A stretch of 64,000 bases of DNA from Chloropicon primus (lineage: Eukaryota), in assembly GCA_023205875.1 (NCBI GenBank), contig CP060770.1, positions 186,001 to 250,000 of the forward strand. Direction: 5' to 3'. Below are positions 56,801 through 64,000 of this stretch, piece after piece (position 1 is the stretch's first letter; every line of letters starts with the position of its first letter). A program made the position numbers and the translations under genes. The notes under the pieces were generated by a model. That model saw only the letters and a program-made list of their open reading frames with translations, made no database searches and was not told where the DNA came from.

Positions 56801-59800
56801 GTTACTTGAAATTGATGCAAAAAGCGCAGAAATCTCCGATCTCTTTGAGAGGCATGCGGCATTTATATCGACAGTGTCCAAGGTGAGGATGAAAGACCTC
56901 ATCTTTCCACTGCAAGAGCTTGCGTACAACGACCCGAACTTGTCCTATCATTTGTGGGTGCTTCTTTTCCCGATTGTCTGGGCTACTTTGGCAGACGTAG
57001 AAAAGAAGCAACTGGCCCGACCAACTGGGCCCATTGTGGCCCTCTTGTCGAAAGACTACCACATTGTCCAGGCGCCGTCAAGGCCAAACGTCATTCAAGC
57101 TCTGCTGGAAGCGTTCATTGTGAGCCAGCCATTGCCAAAGCTCCCGATGGAGCTGATCAAGTATTTGGGGAAAACCTACAATGCATGGCATGTTGCGATC
57201 AAGTTGCTCGAGAGTTACTTGCCTCGTGTTGAGGACAAGGACAGGTGCCTCGACGCTCTGGCAGAGTTATATCAGGCTCTCAACGAGGAAGACATTTACC
57301 TGGGCTTGTGGAAGCACCGTTGTCTCACTGAGGAAACACGCATCGGTCTTAGTTATGTGCAGCATGGGAAGCACACCCAGGCGCAGGAGGTGTTCTTGCA
57401 AGCAATGGCCAAGGTCAGAAGCGGGGCCATCAGCAAGTTACCGAAAAGGGAGATTGTTCTTTGGGAGCATCAATGGATATCGTGCGCAAAGGAGCTGAAC
57501 CAATGGCAGCAGCTTTCTGAGTTTGCGCAGAAGGTCGACCACTACAGCTTACTTGTGGACTGCTTGTGGAAGGTCTCTGATTGGCACACCTTGAAGGACC
57601 GAGTGTTGTACAGAGTTCAGATGGAGGATACGCCGAAAGTGATGATGGTGCAAGGATACCTTCACTTGCATGAGGGGCAAGTCATAGAGGGAGACCAGTG
57701 TATCAACCACGGGATCCAGAGAGCTCTGCACAAATGGTGGCAGTTGCCCCAAAACAGTGCCACGTCTCACCTTCCTCTGTTGAGCCTCTTCCAGCAACTT
57801 GTGGAGCTCCAGGAATCCACGAGGGTTCTTCTGGAACTTGGAATGGTGCAACAGCAGCAGCAGCACCACTCTTATAGCGAGTTGAAGGACATTTTGGAGA
57901 CTTGGAGGCTGAGGACACCTAATTTCTGGGACTCTCTTGGTCAGTGGCACGATCTGTTCCAGTGGAGAAATCACATCCACAACATCGTGATCAGTGCTTT
58001 CAAGACCTTCCAAGATCAGCCCCACCACATGCATCAGATCGGATACAGGGACAAGGCTTGGAGCATCAACAAGTTGGCGAGTATAGCCAGAAAGCAGAAT
58101 CTCCACAGCCTGAGCCTCGATGTCCTGAAGACGCTGTACGGGTATTACCAAATGGAAGTCCAGGAGGCCTTTGTCAAGATCAGGGAGCAAGTGCTTGCGT
58201 GTTTGAATATTCCAGGGGAGCTGGTGTCTGCCCTGAACCTGATCAACACCACGAACCTCGAGTTCTTCCCTCAGCAGCACAAGGCAGAAATGTTCAGGCT
58301 GAAAGCGACGATTTATCAGAAGCTGAACAACAGTGAGCAAGCCCACTCGAACTTTTCCACCTCTTTGAGCATTGACCCTGGTCTAGCTGAAGGCTGGTAC
58401 TCTTGGGGATCCTACTGCGAAGTTGTCTACGAGGCGCATGGGAACATAACGTACCTTGAGTACGCGGCGTCCTGCTACTTGCAAGCGATCAAGATAGACA
58501 CCAAGCTTGCCAAAAAGCTCATGTCAAAATTCTTGTTGTGGCTTTCATTTGACAACACCTCTGGCGGGGACATCGTCGGCAGAGTCTTCGATAAGTACGG
58601 TGAAGGGGTACCAAGCAGTGTGTGGCTTCCTTACGTTTCGCAGCTCATCTGCTCGCTTCAAAGGCCCGAGGCCGCCCGTGCGAAGGCTCTTCTATTCCAG
58701 TTAGTCCAGTCCTTCCCACAGAGCGTTTACTACTCTTTGAGGACGTTCCTTCTCGACCGAAGGGAGGGTTCACCCCTGTCGAAGAACCAGTACTCGAGGT
58801 CTCAGCAGGGCGATTCAAGCGGCCAGAAACAGAAGCAAAGTCCCGCGGCACACGAGTGGGGCTTTGGCCACATTCCCACTGTAGCGGAGGCCTTTGCGGC
58901 GGGAAAGCAAGTGATGGAAGTGCTTCGGTCGGAGTGGGCGCTCATGATCCACGAGCTGGAGACGTTTATTCACGAAATTGGCACCAAATTCGTGCCAACG
59001 CCGGAGGAAAGGCTCCTTGCTGTCGTGCACGCCCTTCTTCAGCGGTGCTACAAGTACAGCAGCGCGCCCCTCACGGCTGAAATCCCGCAAATGCTGAAGA
59101 GGGAGCTGACCCAAATCTGCAGAGCCTGCTTTTCGAGCGAGACCGTGACCAAGCACGAAGTGTTTGTCAAGGAGTACAAAGATGACTTCTGGAGGGACCT
59201 GAATCCTGATGTGGAGGGCTCCACTTTCCCAAAGAGCTTAGGGGAGCTCACGAAATGTCTGAAAGAGTGGAAGACGAGGCTAGAGACTTCGATTGCAAAG
59301 AAGGGTTGCAACGTGCTCAAGCTAGAGAAGGAAAGCACTGCGCTTCAGCACATGGTGTTCGAAAACATTGAGATCCCTGGTTACAGGCAATCAAGGCAGA
59401 TCTCCACGCAGGAGGAGCCTGTTTATGTCGAGGGGGTGCTCTCTGACATAGAGATTGTCCAGAGGTACGGCTCATCTCACAGGAGGATCACCCTGCTGGG
59501 TTCCAATGGCGAGAAGTTCACTTTCCTCATCCAGAGCGGCCTGGGCCCCTCAAGCTCATGTGACGAGAGAGTCATGTCCTTGCTGAACGCTTTCAACAGC
59601 GTGCTGGAGGGCAACTCGGAGACCAGGAGGAGGGCAACAAAGTTCTTCACGCCGGCGATCATATCGCTGTGGCCTCAGATCACTCTGGTGGAGGACCACG
59701 AAAGCTTTGTGAGCTTCATGGAGGTGTACGAGTGGTTCTGCTCACGCTTTGGGAGGGAACCAGATGCTCCGATCATGAGGTTCAAGGAGCTGGTTTCCAG

Positions 59801-60527
59801 CGCCCTGGCTTCGTCCCAGGAGCCGCTGACCTCGCAAGTGATGTTGGAAGTTCGCTACAGGGCTTTCAACGAAATCTGCAACCAGATTGTGGCGAACAGC
59901 ATCTTTGCACAGTACATGTACAAAGTCTTGCCCACTTGCAGTCACCTGTGGGAGTTTAGGAAGCGATTTGCAACTCAGCTCGGCCTGTCGAGCGTGATTT
60001 CGCACGCGTTACAAGTCGGCGGCCGGTCCCCCAACAAGATCATCTTTTCTAGATCATCCGGTGCCATCTTCAACTCGGACTTCTACCCACTATTTGACAG
60101 CAACGGGAACGTGGAATGCTCGGAACCTGTCCCGTTCAGGATCACAAGGAACATTCAAGTGCTGCTGACGCCGTTCTGCCTGGAGGGAATCTTCGTGACT
60201 ACCATCGCGTCATGCGCACAGGCCATCAACTCAGAGGTTTCTCTCATCCTGCCGCAACTCAGTATCTTCTTCAGGGACGAGCTGCTGAATTGGAGTTGGA
60301 GGAGACTGAGGTCACCCGGGCCAAACCCGATGGACCTCAAGACCATGGTCAAATCAAACGTTGGCCACACCATGAACCGATTCATGAACTGCTCTCCACA
60401 GGAAGTTCACGTCAAGAACGGAGTGAGCTCCCAGCACTTGCAAAAGGGAGCGTACGATCTCGTCGAGCAAGCAGTAAACCCAGAAAACCTCTGTCGAATG
60501 GAGGGAACCTGGATGCCGTGGTTCTAA
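47839..60527 (+). CDS. TRRAP: TRRAP/Tra1 (PIKK pseudokinase of SAGA/NuA4); intron 47909-48105
   Basis: ~4160 aa; SFKVLTECPLIV, AAQVKTVSFL, RKELLVATR, LRTLEFWVD, LGKLGGRNR, FAT region, VPFRITRNIQ, C-terminal LCRMEGTWMPWF. Confidence 0.96.
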
Positions 60528-60616
60528 TAAATAAATATAAATAGTTCTTGTGTGAATATGGTAATATAGTACAACACAATTTGTTCAAAACATGCAGTTG
60601 CTGTTGCTTGATGCAA

Positions 60617-62148
60617 TCAATCGATCCCATGGATTCTTCCAAGGGCCAACTCGTTGGACCAAGGGGTGTCCTCGTTGGTGTAGGCTTCCGGAGGGAATTG
60701 GAAAGGGAGGGGAACGTCCATATCGTCAGCAACCTTGACCGCTACGCTCAGTTCGTAGTGTCTGATACAGAGCTGCGACCCCTGCTTCTGAAGGCACCCC
60801 CAGGCCGCCTTGGAGAGGTTGTGGCTGCCGACGACAACCCACGCCAGCTCTGAACCGGAGTAACGCATGTAGGTCTTGATGTGCGGCGCTGCCCGGACAG
60901 AGCCCCACTTCCTGTAGTGGGGGAGAAGAAAGTCTTTGCAAACATTTTTCTGGGCCCCGGGGATGCTTGTACCCGCACTCAGGCCTTCCAAACTTGTCGC
61001 TACCTCTCTGTACGTGGGCCAGACCAAGTGCAAGTCTCGCTCCAGGTTCGCAGGAGGGCCCAAATGCCCACTTCCAGAGAGCCTTCCTGCTGACAGTGAC
61101 GTTACGAACTCCTCTTGCACCCACTTCCTATCCAAGCTGCCTACTGAAGAGTACTGGCAGATCAAAGGCGAGCCAGAAAAACAATACTTGAAGGTCTCCT
61201 GGCTCAAAACCCTCCTCAGTTTCATGTGGCCGTAGAGGTTGATGGTGTTCGCTTTATGGTAACCGGGAACAGACGCGATTAAGCACAACGCCTTTGCCGG
61301 GGAGAAGTCCACCTTCTTCACGTTTTCCAAGAACTTCATGCAGGTGCGAGGCAGGTTCAAGTGGTTCAGGTACTGGATGAACTCGATCTCAAAGCTGCAA
61401 CTCGATCTCTCCTTCTTCAGGAAAAAGTCTTGAAACCAAATTCCTTGCGTCTTGTAGCAACAGTCTTTCTCAATGAGGTTCGCCGTTGTGATGATGAGCC
61501 TCATCTTGTCTCGGAAAAAAAGTATGAAGAACTGCAAGGAAGAGAGAGAGAGAGAGAGAGAGAGAAAGTCAGTCGCTTTTCATGGAACAACTTTTTCAAT
61601 GGTCAACTTACTTTGCTGTGATGGGTGCCGTAAGGGATGGGCAAGGGCGGCGCGTGCAAAACAAGCCTGCTTCTGTCTTGGTCCATCCATCCCCTCTCCT
61701 TCACGAGTCTTTCCTTGATGCACTTGCTCTGCGCATTCCTCTCGTCATAAGCCACGATAAGCTCTGGAGCACGCACCACGTCTGGAAAGTTCTCTATGAG
61801 GAAATCCGCGTCAAGCAAGTAATTGGAGACTAACGCGGCTTTCACTTCTCCCCGGCACAAGTCTTGCAACCGTTTTCCCTTCGGGTGGACACCGCCCACG
61901 TGCATGATTTCAAATGCCTTTGGCCGACACTCCACAGCGTGAACCTTCTTCGCTTCCTTGACCAGGTCCTGCTTCTCGATGAAGCGTGTGAAGTCTGTCA
62001 CCCCCTTTCTTCTCAGCCACTCTTTGAGCTCCTTGATGCTGTACTCATCGAATTGGGGCGAGGACCTCGACCCTGACGAGGATCCAGCGCCACTGGCATC
62101 ACCCGACCCTCTCTTCCTCTTCCTCTCCCTCTCCCTCTCCCCGTCCAT
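60617..62148 (-). CDS. TDP1: Tyrosyl-DNA phosphodiesterase 1; intron 61532-61611
   Basis: YGTHHSK|..TTANL, LIASVPGYH, QYSSVGSL, RAAPHIKTY, GSHNLSKAAWG, IRHYEL; N-terminal SAP-like IKELKEWLRRKGV..EKQDLV. Confidence 0.92.
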
Positions 62149-62385
62149 CCTTCCTGCCAAGCTCTCGTTCTCGTCCAAACTAAAACCAGGAGGTGGCACC
62201 TTTGGGTCACCCGAAAGGGTCCGAATGAGGACACAACCAAGCGATCCGCATACCAAGCTTCCCAATCTCTCCTTCCCTTCACCGCTCCCTCGTCCTCCAC
62301 GCGGCAACAGCTGCGAGCCCGAGTCTGGGCTCTCCCTTCCCGTCTTCCCAAGCCCTTCACCCAGCCTCAACTCCTTCCTTGGAGA

Positions 62386-62867
62386 AGAAAATCGGTCATG
62401 CGACCACTCAAACGAAAGAACACAAGACGACAATTCGCTCTATACCTCGTTTGCTCCCTCCCTCTCTCCCCCTCGCCGCTAATCGTCCCCTCCCTTCAAA
62501 CGCTTCGGCCTCCCTTCGTCTTCCTCATCCAATGGAAACACTTCTCGGGAGCCATCCCGGGCGCCAAATGGGTCGAGTGAGAGCTCTTTAGAAAGACCAA
62601 GAGACGGAGCGTCGTTCTACGGTCCCCTCTTGTCCTCTTTCTCCCATCCCCGTCGACCAAACCTTCGAACACCTTGTTCTCCTGCCTGGAAGGAAGCTGC
62701 TTCGCGCCAAAAAGTGACAGACGTCCTAAACGAAGAGGAGAGGCAGAAGAGCGCGAGGCGTGGAGTGCGTTAGCGGGCGGCGAGGGTCGAGAGAGGGGAA
62801 AGGGACCAGTCGAGGAGAATCTTCATCCCTTCCTCTTTCCAAAGAGCCCTCGGTCGAGTATTATGGC
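62386..62867. promoter_or_regulatory. Divergent promoter TDP1/PrimPol with 52-bp elements (+ 62386, 62563; - 62816)
   Basis: Cores at 62412, 62589 and 62835. Confidence 0.75.
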
Positions 62868-62899
62868 GTCCTAGTGAGCCAGCGAAGGGAAGGCGGAAG

Positions 62900-64000
62900 A
62901 TGGCGGGAAAGAGTTTGCTCTCTGCAATCCTCGCTGCTTCGGAGAGGAAGAGGACGAGGGAGGATGGGAGCGGAGGCCAACGCCGCGAGGGAAGGGTCCA
63001 GCCCTCCTCGATGCTCTCCTCCTCCTTCGGGTCGAGAGCGAAGGGGAGTGAACCCAGAACCAGCGAGGCATCACCATCATCACCATCATCACCAGCACCA
63101 GCACCACCAGCAGGAGGAGGAGGAGGAGGAGGAGGAGGAGGTTGTTTGTGCAAGAAGGATCGTGAGACGTTTTATGGCAGGAGGTGGGAGGATCAGCTTT
63201 GCAAGAAGGGAGTGCCAGGCCACCTGTTTGCCTTCTTTCGATCCTGTTGGGAGTTTCAGAGGGAGGAACTTGGCCAGGTGAGTCACGGACGACGTCGTCG
63301 GGTCGGTAGAGGACTTTGCAGACCTGACGTTCTCTGCTTGTATCGTTCGTTCCAGTCCTCCCCTTTGTCTTCTTCCGTGTTCAGCGATCCCTTCAAGACC
63401 TTCTCGAGGCAGAAGCAAATGTTCCAGTGGGTGGATGGGTTGGGGGCAACGGAGAAGCGGAGCGTGAAGTACTTCACCTTTGAGACCAGCGTGGTGAGAT
63501 CGGCCTCCTCCTCATTCTCGTCGTCGCAGGAGCACAGGAGGACGAAGAGGGTATTCCTGGCAACGACTTTGAGGCGGTTCTGGAGGCACTACAGCATTAT
63601 GCCAGCATTGTCTAGGCATCACTACGGTGAGATTATCCTTCGGGCGAAGAGCCTGAATCCCGGGCGAGCTTGTTCTGACGACGTTCTCTCTCTCTCTCTC
63701 TCTCTTCCTGCGCTTCAGAACTCATCAGAGAAGGGGAGCCTTGCTCCATGTATTTCGATTTGGAGTTTGCGGTGAAGCACAACGCCGGCCTCACCGCTCA
63801 GGGGGATCATCTCGTGGACGTCGTCCTGGAGCTAACCGCGCGTGAGCTACTCGAACGCTTCGGTCTCGGGATCGACTTGGGGAAGGACGTGGTCGAGCTG
63901 GATTCCTCGACAGAAACGAAATGGAGCCGGCACTTGATCATCCACTGGTAAGTTTAGAGTCCCTTCCTCGGGAACCCGATCAAATCCTCTCTGCTGTTGC
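62900..64000 (+). CDS. PRIMPOL: DNA-directed primase/polymerase PrimPol, 5' part; introns ~63278-63384, 63628-63718 and from 63949
   Basis: KTFSRQ, RVFLATT..FWRHY..RHHY|ELIREGEPCSMYFDLEF..LDSSTETKWSRHLI (AEP motifs DxE and SxH). Confidence 0.88.

Overview
Gene-dense nuclear DNA from a eukaryote, most likely a small-genome green alga (prasinophyte/Chloropicon-like). That assignment is inferred from plastid ClpR, plant-type GCS, BIN4, MYB3R and CPR5-like genes, short GT-AG introns and tiny intergenic spaces. About 26 protein-coding genes are recognisable, mostly in divergent pairs: ClpR3-like, PTRHD1, GCS, QueG, MYB3R, a LysM protein, CPR5-like, PPIH-type cyclophilin, a TPR protein, mitochondrial uL23, ABCA, a CEP164-like WW/IQ protein, a PT-repeat surface protein, MurB, ORC5, OGDH E1, a helical-repeat protein, ING, RPC7-like, BIN4, RRP41, ALDH6, a GT4-GT2 fusion, TRRAP, TDP1 and PrimPol. 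The most striking signal is non-coding: a degenerate, gap-free ~52-bp element (approx. GCCAAAYGGGTCRANYRAGGNNTCDWTSGAAAG-N13-CTTTCG) found about 36 times by eye. It flanks all 10 divergent promoters and two tandem promoters, always pointing inward. Same-strand copies are spaced 176-184 bp apart, i.e. one nucleosome repeat. Modules carrying it have been duplicated in tandem, inverted, and copied between unrelated genes. Bacterial-type QueG (with an intron) and MurB are also notable. All calls are by-eye motif recognition; no searches were run.
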